Source: Selaginella moellendorffii
Taxonomy: Eukaryota > Plantae > Lycopodiophyta
DNA length: 64,000 bases
NCBI RefSeq assembly: GCF_000143415.4
Contig: NW_003314307.1
Coordinates: 910,952-974,951 of the forward strand
Reading direction: 5' to 3'
Within the stretch, counting starts at the first letter, position 1; each line of letters opens with the position of its first letter. Positions 11,901 to 25,599 of this stretch are shown piece by piece. A program made the position numbers and the translations under genes. The notes beneath the pieces are model-generated. The model searched no databases and was not told the DNA's origin. It was given only the letters and a program-made list of their open reading frames with translations.

Positions 11901-13793
11901 GGCTGCTAGAGACAGATCAGTGACAGTGCCAATTCCTGAGACCTCCTACGATCCAGCCTTTTATTTTGCCAACTCTAGCATGGAGGAAGAAGGGGAGCAA
12001 GGCGAGAACCAGCTTCTCCTTCTCTTCAGCCATGGCCGAGATGCACTTGTTCCGAAGACCATGGAAGAAGCTCTTGCCGGACCTGATGCAGATCAGTGGC
12101 GCACTGCTCGTCAAGCTGAGTACAGCTCATTGATGGAGAACAAGACCTGGGATCTTGTGGAGCTGCCACCTGGGAGGAAGGTGATTAAGACCAAGTTCCT
12201 CTTGCGGCTCAAGACAGGACCTGATGGAGACACGCGCTACAAAGTCAGATTTGTTGCGAGAGGATTCTCACAAGTCGAAGGAGTCGACTTCTATGAGACC
12301 TTTTCACCAGTGGTGAAGCTTGCATCAATTCGACTTCTCTACAACTTAGCAGCTCACGAAGACATGCACGTCGAGCACATGGATGTAACGACGGCGTTCC
12401 TGAATGGTGACTTGGAGGAGGAAGTCTACATTGAGCAACCAGCCGGATTTATTGCCAAAGGACGAGAGCACTTGGTGTGCAAGCTCAAGAAGGCCCTCTA
12501 CGGCCTGAAGCAATCGCCTCGTGCCTGGTACGCAAAGATGAACTCGTTTCTTCTTGCCCTTGGCTTCGAGAGTCTCTCTGCAGACACTAATGTGTATATT
12601 AAGCAAGTGGGAGCTCTCCTGGTGCTGTTGGCTTTGTACGTGGACGACTGCTTGCTCCTCAGCAAAAGCAAGAAGCTGATTCATCAACTGAAGAAAGATC
12701 TCAGCTCGAGATTCAAGATGGTGGACCTTGGGAGCGTCAAGTACTGTCTTGGCATCCAGATCTTCAGAGACAGGAGAAAGGGCACACTAGAAATGTCTCA
12801 GAAGAAATATATTGAAGAGCTCCTCCAGAAATTCAGGCTTAGTGACGTCAACTCTGCATCAACGCCAATGGAAGTTGGCATGCACCTCAGTAAGGACATG
12901 GCACCTCAGACGGAAGCAGCGAAAGCAGTGATGGAGAGGATCCCGTCAGGCAGATGGTAGGCAGTTTAGTCTACCTCATGGTTTGTACCAGGCCAGACAT
13001 CGCCTATTCAGTGGGAGTGGTTTCGCAGTTCCTGGCAAATCCCGGCTTCCAGCACTGGCAGGCAGTTAAGCGTGTGTTTTGTTACCTGAAGGGGACAGCC
13101 GATTATGTTTTGTGCTACACAAAACAAGAGCAGCCTCAACTTAAGCTACAGGGATTCTCGGATGCAGACTGGGCAGGGGAAGTTGATCAGCGTAAATCAA
13201 CTTCTGGCTACGTCTTCAGCCTGGGCAGCGCAGCAGTTACATGGAGCAGCCAGCGGCAGCCAATCGTGGCTCTCTCGAGCACAGAGGCTGAGTATATCGG
13301 GACGACCCAAGCAGCCAAGGAAATTCTTTGGCTCAGGACTCTGCTGAACGGTCTAAGCTACGAGCAACGGGAGGCAACGGTTCTGCATTGCGACAATCAA
13401 GGAGCTATTGCCTTGACGAAGAATCCAAGATTTCATCGCAGGACAAAACACATCCAGGTTCAGTTTCATTTTATTCGTGAACAGGTAGCGATGAAGAAAG
13501 TGGAACTCGTCTACTGTGCTACCACGGAGATGGTGGCAGATATATTCACGAAGGCACTTCCACCAGCAGTGTTCGCGCGACACGCACAAGCTCTGGGCGT
13601 GAAGAAAAGAAGTATCGCGAGCTCAACTTGAGTGGGAGTATTGAGGGAATATTCGTGATTCCCTCTTAGGTCAAGTTGACCGTCGTGTCTGTTCAGTTCT
13701 TATAGTCAATAAGAGAGACGCCCGGCAGGCCCCGGGCGTAGCGCCAGCAGCGGCTGGCATTCCAGAGTACATTCGTGATTTCTATCCCGAATA
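8926..13793 (+). mobile_element. Full-length Ty1/Copia LTR retrotransposon, very recent insertion
   Basis: Identical 155-bp LTRs at 8926..9080 and 13639..13793. TSD GGAAG at 8921-8925 and 13794-13798. PBS TGGTATCGGAGC at 9081 and purine tract GAGTGGGAG before the 3' LTR. Confidence 0.98.
9122..13631 (+). pseudogene. Copia gag-pol polyprotein (gag, CCHC knuckle, protease, integrase, RT, RNase H) broken by two frameshifts
   Basis: Motifs CNICKKPGHWARDC, YLDSGA, WHRRLGH..CEPC, IHSDL/RSDGGGEY/NGVAERMN, LYVDD and FSDADWAG. Split across ORFs 9122..11800, 11608..12960 and 12954..13631. Confidence 0.97.
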
Positions 13794-14149
13794 GGAAGTT
13801 ATTGCACAGATGGCTCGGAACATGGACTGGAAAATAGAGCAAGAACCTACCAAGTTTCGATTTGACTGAGCTATGCTCTAGAGGCGGACGTTAGTGCACA
13901 TCCAAAGGCCAGAGAAGTTGCTTGAGACGAAAGGTTTGAGAAAAGGTAACGTACTACTTTTGCTCTCTGTTCTTGCAGGCGCTCAAATCTCAATTTCGAT
14001 AAGAAGAAGCAGTGCAGGGCATAGCAGCCAGATAAGTTTCTCCAGAGTCAAGCCGGGAATCAAGCAAGTGCAATTGTGAAAGTATGGTCGAAGTCTACAC
14101 TGCGGCTTGCAACACAGGTAGTTCAACAGGATGGGACGAAGAATAGGAT

Positions 14150-14400
14150 AGGCTGGTCTACCTCGCAAATTGTGAATACAAAGCCGATACATTCGTCGCA
14201 AGCAGCCTCGTGGACATGTGGAAGCATCACAAGTGTTCAGGAGGACAAATAAACATGACGTTGGCTGCCTGGAACAGGATCATCATGGGACAGCACGTCT
14301 TCTATCAGATGCAACGAGAAGCTGGCCTGCCTCCAAACGCTGAGACTTTGCATGGAGTATCAAAACATCGTTTCCTGGGATATGCTGAGAACAACCTTTG
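14150..14400 (+). pseudogene. Degenerate PPR fragment inside block A (second copy ~39010..39250, minus strand)
   Basis: D(T/A)FV.SSLVDM...LAAWN.IIMG...FYQM..EAGL.PNAETL resembles PLS-class PPR motifs. Confidence 0.55.
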
Positions 14401-15569
14401 CTCTTGAGTGCTATGAGCAAGCCAGCAGCCAAACGCTCAGACTTTCATGGTGGCGCTCAAGGCACACAGCGACTTAGCAGAGAAGAGGCTCCACTCACAA
14501 ATCTGGGAGAGAAATCTGGATGGAATCCACTACTCAGCATGCTTGCTCAATGAGAGAAAAGCTTTTCTCAGGAGGCTGGTAAACTTTGCAAGGAATGCAA
14601 GGTTGATGGAGCCGTCCATGAAACCCAAAGATGGTACCTGAAAAGACGCAAAAGGGTCTTAGCTGGCACACCATGGTGAAGGACAAAAAATATGAGAGAC
14701 AATACTTAGTATCATTCATTGAGTATTTTAATTGATCAATGGTTATAAACATATTTATAATTTATGAGTCAAGATTAATATTATTCCATATCAATAGTAG
14801 AATAAACAAGAATATACTAGAAAGTGTTTAGGAAAGATTATAAATTATAAATAAAAATATTAATCTAAATGAACAACAACTATTAGCTATTAAAATATCC
14901 TAGAATCTCCAAGCATATTTAAATATAGTCAATACTGCTACAGGTTTGCTTAAGCAAACCAATTATAGATTTATAGTGTTTGGTCACTTTAAATCTGTAC
15001 AAGCCTATTCACAAACGTATTTACATCAGTATATTTAACTTTTTTCATTAGTGTATATGGGACTTAATTTTCTCCAAGATTTTATTGTAGATTAGATGTT
15101 ATATTCTTCTTTAACCATGCCCTGTACATATATACAAATTTCATAATTACAATTCAAGTTATTTAAATCTTTCAAGATTATTTAAATCTTACAAATACTT
15201 GGTCAAAGGAAGCAAAAACAATATACTCAAAGGCAATATAGTTAAAAAGTAAATACGAACATCAATCAATAATACCATAATCACAAGTATATAGTTTTCA
15301 GTTAACAAAGTGATATTGTAAATGGTAATTTTCACAACATCATAATCAACTAATTCCCAAGTTGCAATTTTTTAACGTTAAACTTTGAAAGTCTTTCATC
15401 CTTTGCATATTATGGATGTAAATGTTAAACTTTGGATTCATCATAATGTTTGAACAAACGGTGAAAAAAATAGATATTGGTATTGTATTAACTTAATATG
15501 AATATATAACTTAAACAATTAGTATAAATACTAATTATTGAATATTAAATTAACAAATTACTCTCTAAA

Positions 15570-15820
15570 TTAGGTGATAACCCAAAACCTCTGCCACAAA
15601 GATTAGATGGTGGTAAGTTAAACAGATGTAAATATTAATTAAATTAATAATTTTATTTAAAACATATGATTAATAAAACTGTTTGCAGCGAAAACCTTAA
15701 TAAAATATTCTTTAGTGTATTAGAATATTTTTGTCAACTCCCTTGGCTCACTATTTACTAGCTCCTTATATTAGCAAATATAGCTATTTGAAAGAGATGC
15801 CATTTTAAGTTCTTTTTTAA
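15570..15820. repeat. AT-rich dispersed repeat (inverted copy ~41435..41710, partial copy ~6545..6630)
   Basis: TAATAAAATATTCTTTAGTGTA...GTCAACTCCCTTGGCTCA is shared between the loci. Confidence 0.7.
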
Positions 15821-17334
15821 ACACTACTAAATAATATATACTAAGTTGGATTAGGATTTTCAACACCATTAATGTTTTACGGTTTCATGAGTAACAAAGC
15901 ATAAAGAAATTGATAAGGTATTAGAATTGTCTAAACAAGGTTTTAGTTAAATGAGAAAGAGTTGCCTTTTCCATTAAGAAAAAAGTTTATATGGGTTAAT
16001 GTATTTAAGTTGAACACCATAATAACCACAAGTGGTTTTGCTAGAGTTTAAAAGGTATAAACACTTTACAAGATGCAAATAAGTATTACAAGTTTATACG
16101 TTTATAGTGGGTTGAAGGTAATATTTTTAAAAAATGCAATTCTACAACTACAGACTTGGCTGACATAGTGGTTTATTTATTTTCCACATTTAAGAAATTT
16201 AGTTAAGGAAGTACTCATATTGATCTCTTTATTAATTCTCTTTTTTTATTCAATGAGTTTTGAAATACTTGCTATGAAGTGTTAACAATAAATCTTATTG
16301 AAATTTACCATATGATATGGCTATCAAAAACAAATTTCTCTAAATGCATATTTTCAAATAAAACATTCTAGAATGACTTGGTCATCTCTATGCTACAATA
16401 GATTTTTATATATTTTTATATTTAAGGCTAAGTTATAAAAACAATCAATGTTATTTTGAGGGTTTAGTGGAATGTTTATCTATTACAACATTGACACAAC
16501 CTCTTGGTCACAAAGTAATAAAAGTGATGAGATCAACTTTATATGATTTTTGAATTTAATTTGCAATAAAACCAATTGAGAACCTTGAAACTATCAAAAG
16601 AAAGGAATGAATAAGTGAGCCCATACAACAAACACATTTGCACTATCTCAAGTATAAATATATAACTATAGAACAAAGAAAACCAATGCTTTTGAGCAAT
16701 GAAGAGCCTAGGTTCTTCCAAGTCAAATTAGGAAAGATTCATGGAAATTAGTGAGTTAGATATCAACTTAAAGTAAGTTCTACAATCAAATGTTTTACTT
16801 GGATTGGAGGAATATTATATAGTAAGCAAATTACTATATGACCTTTACACACTCCAGTTGATTGTTTTTGTAGATAACAACAATATGGTAATCCTCCACA
16901 ATATTGTGATTATTCATGTTGTTATGTCCTATAGAATTTTTGCTCACATAGTCTATGTAGTGTTAATTATCCAGAAAGTAGAATATATACTATGTATTTG
17001 ATTAGTTGAAGAAGGGGTGATATTGATGAATTTGGAGCTTTGGGCTTTAGTTGAAGCAAACTTTAAATTTGAAAAGAACACTTTACAACCACAACCACAA
17101 ACTCAACTTTAGCACTTTTCTTAAGAAATTCTAAAAACAAGAAAGAATGAATGTGTGAAAATTACAAATACATAATCAAAGGAAGCAAGGCAACATACTC
17201 AAAAGCATTACAGTTGAAGGTGGAAGTTAAAAGTATCAACATTAAATAACAATACTATCATTACAAGTATATAATTCTCAATTATGGAATTGATATTGTA
17301 AATAAAAAGATTTACAAAATCACAACAAATTAAT

Positions 17335-20300
17335 ACCCATTAATATTTCCTTTTGGTGACAAAGGCTGGCACAAAATTATTTTTAATTCCGGATGTCAAA
17401 TTACATTACTCCAATATTATGTATACTGTTTATATATAAGAGACACAATACACTTTGGTTTTGATCAAATTTTACATGCAGGAAAACTCACATAATAATA
17501 TATAGTCGATGCTTATATAAACGTTGAAAGCATTAATTTGAATTACTATCGCACTCATCATAAACAATTGCAAGTTGAAATGTATACTGGTCTTATGGAT
17601 TATGTTGCAAACCGTGCTACTAATGAAAATATAAATCCACAAGAAGATTGTTATTTTACCTTCAAGTTTTGGAGGTGGCCCTAAAGCAATGCAACAAAAT
17701 TATCAAAATGTAGTGGCTATAGTTATTCATTTTTCAAAGCCAGATCTTTTTATTACTTTTATATGCAATCCCAAATGGTCAGAAATTTCTAAACAGTTAC
17801 ATCAAAATGAAGGCCCTGGAGATCATCCACGCTTGGTTTCTAGAGTATTTCATATCAAGCTTAAAGAATTTTTGAATGATATTACTAAAAAATATATTTT
17901 TGGAAATTGTATTGCTTTTAGATATGTAATTGAATTTTGAAGGAGAGGCCTTCCACATTGTCACTTTCTAGGGATTTTATTTCATGAAAACAAGATTAAA
18001 GACTGTAGTGCTATTAATCAATACATCCTCAAGATCCTCAAGATGAACTTGAAATTTTTAAAATAATTACCTTTAATATGATACATGGTCTATGTGGGCC
18101 TTTTTACCCTAATAGTCCTTGCATGGAAAATGGCACTTGCTCAAAAGGTTATCCAAAAAATTTTAATTATGAAACTACTTTTAGTGTTGATGGAAATATA
18201 GATTATTATAGACCTGATAATGGCCACACATTTCTAAAAATTAGGTGCTATGTTGATAATCATTGGGTAGTTCCTTATAATAAATAACTTTGTAAAAAAT
18301 ATAATGCTCATATTAATATTGAAATTTGTGCTACTATAAAAAGTATTAAATATTTATTTCAATATGTCTATAAAGGTTATGATTATGCTACAATTGAAAT
18401 CCATTCAACAACCCAACAACTTAATAATATTTTAAATTGGGATGAAATCTCAACTTTTTAAATACACATTATATATCTACTCCAAAAGCAATATGGAGAC
18501 TTTTTAAATTTAAAATGCATGGTTGTTCAACCTCTATAATTTATCTTCCTATCCAACTTCTAAATTTTCAAAATGTTTATTTTATAGAAGGTTCTGAAAA
18601 AATGGCACTTCAAAGAGCTACTCAAAATGATACAATATTGACAAAATGGTTGTATGAGTGCTTGGAATATGGAAAATGAATATAGAAAATGTGCATATCA
18701 ATTAGCCCAAAAACCCTAGCTTATATACAAGAGCAAGTGGTCCGGATTGAAACCAATCCAACGGCTACCAAATCCCACTATACTAATATTAATATATGGC
18801 ATCGTAGCCGTACACTTGGTCCTCATATCATCCCCTCCTCTCAGAATAATGGAAGGCCGTCAGGGTTCTTTTGTAGATGGGCTGGGATCTGGAGGAACGT
18901 CAAGGGGAGGCATCAGTGGATTTGTAGGTGGTATTAACTGCTCCTGATCCCTTTGTATGAAGCGTTTCACCCGCTGCACATACACAATCTCCGAAGGATC
19001 GACTTGCTGAACGTCATGCCAAACCTTATAAACTTGTGGTACAACTTGCCGCAACACCCGATATGGTCCTTTCCACTGCGCAAGGAGCCCCTTAGATAAA
19101 CCACATACCGTAAAACGGGGAAAACAGACTAACACCAAATCATCCACTTTGTACTCCATAAGTGGACAATGATGCGAGTTGTAGCACCATTGTTGTCCCA
19201 CTTGTATGCGGCTTAAGTGTTCAGCAAACTCTACTCAGACAAGTGGAAGAATACTCGTTAAATATTGATCTCACGACCTAGCATCGGCAGCTCGTGGCAA
19301 TCACGAAGGTAAACCCAACTCCGTTGGTAATATTGGATCATGACCATATAGGAGTTTATATGGTGAAGCACCAATAGAACTCTGCACCCCTGTGATATAG
19401 GCATACCAAAAAGACGCCAAATAACCATGCCAATCCTAATGCTGAAAGTTCACATACTTTGCAATCATCCCTTTGAATGTCTGAACGAGCCGTTCCACCA
19501 GACAGTCTAATTATGGATGATAAGCACTCGTGAAAGTGTGGCATATCCTCAACTGAGATGTCAAGACATGAAATGCCTCAGCCATAAATGCGGGACTATT
19601 ATCCGAAAGAATCTACTCTGAACAAGAATGTTGAAACACCACTCGATTGAGGAGGAAGTATCCAATAACAGTTGCAGAGGCACTAGCAAGAGCACCAACT
19701 TCCACCCAACGAGTTAAGTAATCAGAAGCAATAATAATATATTCATTGCCAGCAGTCGACCATGGAAAAGGTCCCATAAGATCAAATGCCACCAACTCAA
19801 ACGGACATGAAACTACAATTAACTCTAACCGTCCTTCCACAACACAAGGGGGAGTATTATAAGCTTGGCACCAAACGCAGCTACGCACATACCAGATAAT
19901 ATCATGTCACATCTCTGGCCAATAGAAAGACCTAGCTTTTCAGTCATACGACGATATCCCATATGCCCACCTAGAACAGGAGAATTATGATAGGCATGGA
20001 AAAACCGCGGGATAAAGACAGAAGGCACCACTAACCATAAATGATCATCAAGATCCGTCCCTACAAAATAAAGAAGGCCATCTTCAAGGCGATATTGAGA
20101 ATGTAAATGCCAAAAAAGCAAGTCATCAACAAGTGATGCAGGATTCTCAAATATATTTTGAAGGCTTCGAATCCACAACTCAATCTTTTGAGCCTCGTGA
20201 ACCTCATTAAGAGAAGGTAGATCTTGCTCTACACCTTGTGAACACTGAACGTCAAGTATACCAACCGCCAACGGCACAAAATCCTCGTTTAGAAAATCCA

Positions 20301-23300
20301 CAGAGGCTGGAATAACAGGCTCGTCAGAAACATGATAAGAGAGTGGAGAAGGAAGAGGAGCTCGAGAAAGGGCATCAGGATCAGCCATAGAACTCTCTGG
20401 GTGATGAACAACATCAAAATCATATATCTGAAGTTTAAATCCCACCGAGCAGTATGACCAATCAAGTTCTTCCGCTTCAATAATGAAGTAACGGCAGCAT
20501 AGTCACCTTTAAGTAACGTCCGAGAACTATGTAGATATGCATGAAGTTTCTTGAAACCCCAAACTGCCGCTAAACACTCCTCTATCATGGAGTAGTTCAC
20601 CTCTGCTGATTGTAACGTACAGCTTATATATGCAATGGGATGATACTAAACAGACACACTCAGGCTTTCTTGCATCAATATACCTCCAAGACCAATATCA
20701 AAAGCATCTACGCGCAAAATAAAAGGTTGAGTGTAGTCAAGATATGCTAAAGTCGGAGGAGTTGTCAACATCTCTTTGAGATCCACAAACGCTCGCTCAC
20801 AATCTGAAGACCAGATGAAAGATGATGTTGATGACTTCAGCAATGCTCGCAATGGTGTAGTACAATCAGAAAGATGATACACAAAACGACCGAGATACTG
20901 CACCTTGCCCAAGAAGCGCTGCACATCATTCACACACTTCGGAGTAGGGAACTTTAGAATAGTCATAAGTTTGTTAGGATCAACTTGCAAACCTTCATGA
21001 GAAATACGGTACCCAAGATAAGTCGTGTCCTTGGACCCAAACACGCATTTCGACTGCTTCAGCTTTAAACCAATGTCTTATAGCTGATCTAACTTTACAC
21101 ACATCACAAATGTGCTCCTCCCACATCCCCTCCGAGTGAATCAAGACATCATCAATGAAATCAGTAGTCACCTCTAGCATATCACAAAGAACCTCATCCA
21201 TCATCCACTGGAAAGTTGCTAAAGCATTGTTTAAACCAAACGGCATCACCAAGAACTCGTACAAACCAAATGGTGTACGAAAAGCAGTCTTAGGAATATC
21301 TTCTTCAGCCATCGGTACTTGCCAGTACCCAGAAGCAAGATCTAGCTTGGTGAACCAACGACTTCGCCCCAGACGATCCAAGAGATCAGTAGTGTGAAGA
21401 AGAGGGTATATATCTGGGATTATCACTTTGTTTAACGAACAATAGTTGATGCAGAAACGAATATTCCTATCAGGCTTCGTCACAAAATGAGGTTCACATG
21501 CCCAAGGACTCTGCGACTTTCGAATAACACCCTTCTCCAACATCTCCTTGATGTTTGCACATAAAATCTTGATCTCCTTGGGTGACCGACAATGAACAGA
21601 AACCTTGATTGGACGAGCATCCCTGGTTGGAATCGGATGACGTGTGGCAATCTTGGCCCCAGACGATAGGTCAAATTCAAAGAGATCAGAATACTCCTTC
21701 ATGAGCCGGTCAACCGTTGTAACACAAAGACTGTCAGAGGGATCGGAAAAGGGAAGAGCAGAACAAGACAAAAACATAGGAGGAAATAATGGGGGAACAA
21801 AAATAATAGAAGCAAAGGTAAAAGTAGAGGGATGAAAAGTTACGGAAGTGAGAAGAATGAATGAAATATAAAGAAGTATGAAACAAGGGGGAGAAGCCTC
21901 AAAGTCACACTTGGCATAATTGCACTGCAACCAATCTAGTTATACCAATTGTTGCTCCAGAGTCAAAGGAGGAGATTGCTAATCTACCATAAAGACGGAC
22001 GAAGAAAGAGCAAAAGAAGAGAAACGACAAAAAGTGAGAAGGAAATGGGAGATCTAGACAATGCAAAAAGCTAGATCTAAACTAAAATCCTGAAAGGGAA
22101 CAAAAGAAAAGAAATGGAAAAAGCTAGATCTAAACGATGCAAAAGTTAAATCTAAACCAAAATCCCAAATTCAAGCACTCCTCAAGAACAATCAAAAGTG
22201 CCCTTCACCTCCACCAATGTGAATGTTTGGAATATGAAAAGGGAATATAGAAAATGTGTATATCAATTAGCCCAAAAACCCTAGTTTATATATAGAAGCG
22301 AGTAGTCCAAATTGAAACTAATCTAACAACTACCAAAATCCCACTATGCTAATATTAGTATATGGCATCGTAGCAGTACATTTGGCCCTCACAGTTGCAA
22401 TTAAATATAAATAACCGAAATGCTAGACAATATATATATCCTGATATTGCCCTTTATATTATACATTTAACCCTCATATTCATAATTGGAAAATTTAACA
22501 TACAACAAATGTCATTCCCCAAATGTATTCTGTGTCTCCATCCAATGTTGAATTATATTATTTACATCTTATTTTACTCCATAAAAAAGGTGTTACGTCT
22601 TTCAAAGATCTCAAAACAGTTAACAATATTTATTATGACACCTTTTAACAAGTTGTATATGCAATGGGGCTTATAGCTGATGATATCGAATGGGAAAAAT
22701 GTTTAGAAAATGCTTGCTTTTTTAGAATGCTATCAAAGTTACAACAATTATTTGTATTACTTTATACCTTTTGCACTCCAAAAGATCCTTACTTTTTATG
22801 GGATAAATTTAAAGACTTCCTTTCTAAAGATTTCATGCAAACAAATCCAATTTTTCATTATGAATATGCTTTACATAACATAAATATTAAAATGAAAATG
22901 CATGGCAAAATTAATCAAAACTACCATCTACCTTTCCCGTCTGAAAATTTTGATAATGAAAATAATGTCAACTCAACACAAATATATCAAAATGTTGAAC
23001 AAAATATTTCTCAATTTAATCAAGAATAGTTAAATATTTTTAATGATATTCTTAATGTTATTGATCACCCAACTGAGCATAATCAATACATTTTCATTGA
23101 TGGCCCTGGTAGTACTGGTAAAACATTTTTTCTTAACACTCTTAGAAATATTTTACAATTGGAAAAAATAAATGTTGTTAGCATAGCTTAGATAGAAATT
23201 GCAAGTACTTTACTTTATAATGGCCAAACTTCACACACTACTTTTAAACCTCTTATTCCAATAAATGAAACATCAACTTCTGCTATAACTACTAATAGTG

Positions 23301-24404
23301 AAGCATGTATAAGAATTAAATCTACTAACATATTGTTGTAGGATGAAATAAATATGGTTCACACTTATGCATTCACTACTGTTGATCGAGTGTTGCAAGA
23401 CTTAAAAATACATTATTACCTTTTGGTGGCATAATTGTTATGATTAGCGGGGACTTTAGAGAGATACTTCTAGTCATTCCACATGGACATAAGGCATAAA
23501 TTATTTCAAATTCTATAAGAATGAATAAATTATAGAGATTATTTAGAAAATTATCTTGAAAACAAATATGTGACTTGCTGAAAGTGATAAATCATGGGCT
23601 GAATGACTTCTCAAAGTTGGAAATGGTGAAAATTTTCAAAATTTACCATCTTTACCTTCTAACTCCATTTTATTACTGCATACATAACTAACTTATTCAT
23701 CTATTATTGATTTTGTTTACCCTTTAGTACTTGATATTTCAAACACTATCAAGTCATATTTACCCCACTTAATGATGACATATTTGCAATCAATAATACT
23801 ATTGTCTCTAGATTACAAGGTGATACATTTATCTACAAAAGTGTTGATTTTGTTGATACTGAACATCCTGAAAATTTTCCAATAGAATTCCTAAATTCTA
23901 TTACACCTTCTAGTTTCCCACCACATAAACTCTCTTTCAAACAAGGTGCTATTCTTATCCTCTTAAGGAATATATCTCCATCAGCAGGACTATACAATGG
24001 CATATGTCTCATCTTGAAAAATGCACTACCAAATGTTTTAGACTGCGAAATTGTGATGGGGCAATTTAAAGGGATAAGAGTTTTTATCCCATGTATCACA
24101 CTAATACCATCAAATACAAAAATTCCGTTCAAAGGACAATTTCCAATCCATTTAGGTTACTACTTAACAATCCCCAAATGCTAAGGACAGACATTTGACT
24201 GAGTTGGAGCTTACTTGCTCCCCTAGTTTTCACTCATGGGCAACTTTATGTGATTTTATCAAGATCCACATCACCACATGGCATTAAAATTAAAGTTCAA
24301 AACACCACATGCTAAGGCCACCTCCTTTCTCAAGATCCTTCTGTTTTTACAATCAAAAGAGGTTTTATATTAAAGCTCTTTGTAAACCACCGAGCATTTG
24401 CTCG
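17335..24404 (+). mobile_element. Helitron RepHel pseudogene, copy 1 (5'-truncated, interrupted by Gypsy)
   Basis: Rep motifs PDLFITFICNPKW, EF*RRGLPHCH (HUH) and IKYLFQYVYKGYD. PIF1-like helicase motifs DGPGSTGKTF and HGQLYV. Ends with hairpin CGAGCATTTGCTCG. Confidence 0.93.
18653..22393 (-). mobile_element. Ty3/Gypsy copy 2 nested in Helitron 1; both LTRs present, gag-protease deleted
   Basis: LTRs at 18653..18827 and 22218..22393, 4-bp TSD GTTG, PBS TGGTGGAGGTGAAGG, PPT GAGAGGAGGGGATGA. RT (KLDLASGYWQV, FIDD), RNase H and integrase (FDLMGPFP, WKGPY) are present. No chromodomain is visible. Confidence 0.95.
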
Positions 24405-24797
24405 TCTATCACAATAAAGAGGAGTTGCTGAACTTTTTGGGCCGCTGGATCCAACCAATCATAAAGGGGTTATTTCTTTAACATGTGTTTGCAAATAATC
24501 TCACTAATGTTTGCTCCCGGCCAATGGGAGGCAACTAAGCTGCGTGGGGCGAGAGAAGAAAGCGTTGTGACACATGTTGCATGTAAAGTGTTGACCATAA
24601 CTGCACTTGCGGTCTATCAAGTAAATTGGTTTTGTTTTGTAATGTTTTTCTAGGGTTTATGAAATGGCAAGCCCTTGCCACTGCTGCCGATTTGCAATCC
24701 AAATCTGAGATGCTGTGTCAACGCACATCTTGGTACAGTTTGTGTCAAGATTTAATTGATTTGTCCGCACTTTCTTCTAGCATTGTTTTAGTTCCAG

Positions 24798-25120
24798 GTC
24801 TGCTTTGGTAGTGGTAGAGTTAAAAAATGAAGGGTCAAATGCTTATAAGCAAAATCTATATGATAAGATGATAGCTATTGAGCGGAGAATCACTGCTGGA
24901 AGCAACACTATTGTCTTGAAAAATCAACAAGGTTGGTTTCTATTGTGCGAGGGATTTACATCTTTTGTATTGTGTATTCCAGGTGAAAATCTTTCTTCAA
25001 ACAAGCAGAATTTGTGCAATGTGATCGACCATTTCAGTGTAAGCTAAGATTGTATTTTAAACTTTTCTACTTTCCTTGACATGGAAAACCCATGTGTGAT
25101 TATGTCTCAAGACATGAGTT
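24798..25120 (+). pseudogene. SMC6: Captured SMC6 fragment, copy 1
   Basis: VVVELKNEGSNAYK..LY..MIAIERRIT..LKNQQG / ENLSSNKQNL..IDHFS / ENPCVIMSQD matches the SMC6 N-terminal head region as I recall it. Confidence 0.8.
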
Positions 25121-25599
25121 GGCATTACCACTGCCGCCTCCAAGGCCAGCACCGCTTGGAACTCTTTTGTCCAAGTGAAGGGAAGAGGCCATGGTGACAA
25201 GTGTTACACCATGCACTCCTAGGGCTCCATGGCTGCTTTGCTCAGGCACGGTTGTGTGGGCATTCCCGTGAGAGTCTGTGCATCTGTAAGCTCCTAGAGG
25301 AGGTGCTCACAGGGATAATAGGGGCAAGTAGAATGGTAGTTAGGCACACAATCCAGACTCCTTTCGGGATCAACTCACTTGCAAGCAGTGCATGAGCAGC
25401 ACCATAGGCAGGGCTGGTGAGGGAGTGCACCAGAAATGAAGAGCTGGGCTATGCTTGAATCCTGGAGCTGACTGGCACCATGGCAGCGGGTGTGGGTGAT
25501 GCAAGGTATGCGAGTGACCAGATGGTGTGTGCGACCTGAAGGCATCAAAAGAGTTCTTTGAGCTGTCAAAGGAGGGGAAGCTGAAGAAGCTGAAGTACA

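Larger units (their letters stand above)
7230..14915 (+). repeat. Block A, inverted duplicate of ~38500..41160 (this copy carries the Copia insertion)
   Basis: Matching ORFs on opposite strands: 8051..8782 with 39740..40483, 13894..14079 with 39328..39513, 14534..14752 with 38667..38867. Confidence 0.95.

Noticed and set aside
15180-17330. Possible decayed DNA-transposase remnants, including a ~170-bp repeat at ~15190 and ~17160
   Set aside because: The repeat is visible but no convincing catalytic motif or termini could be read.
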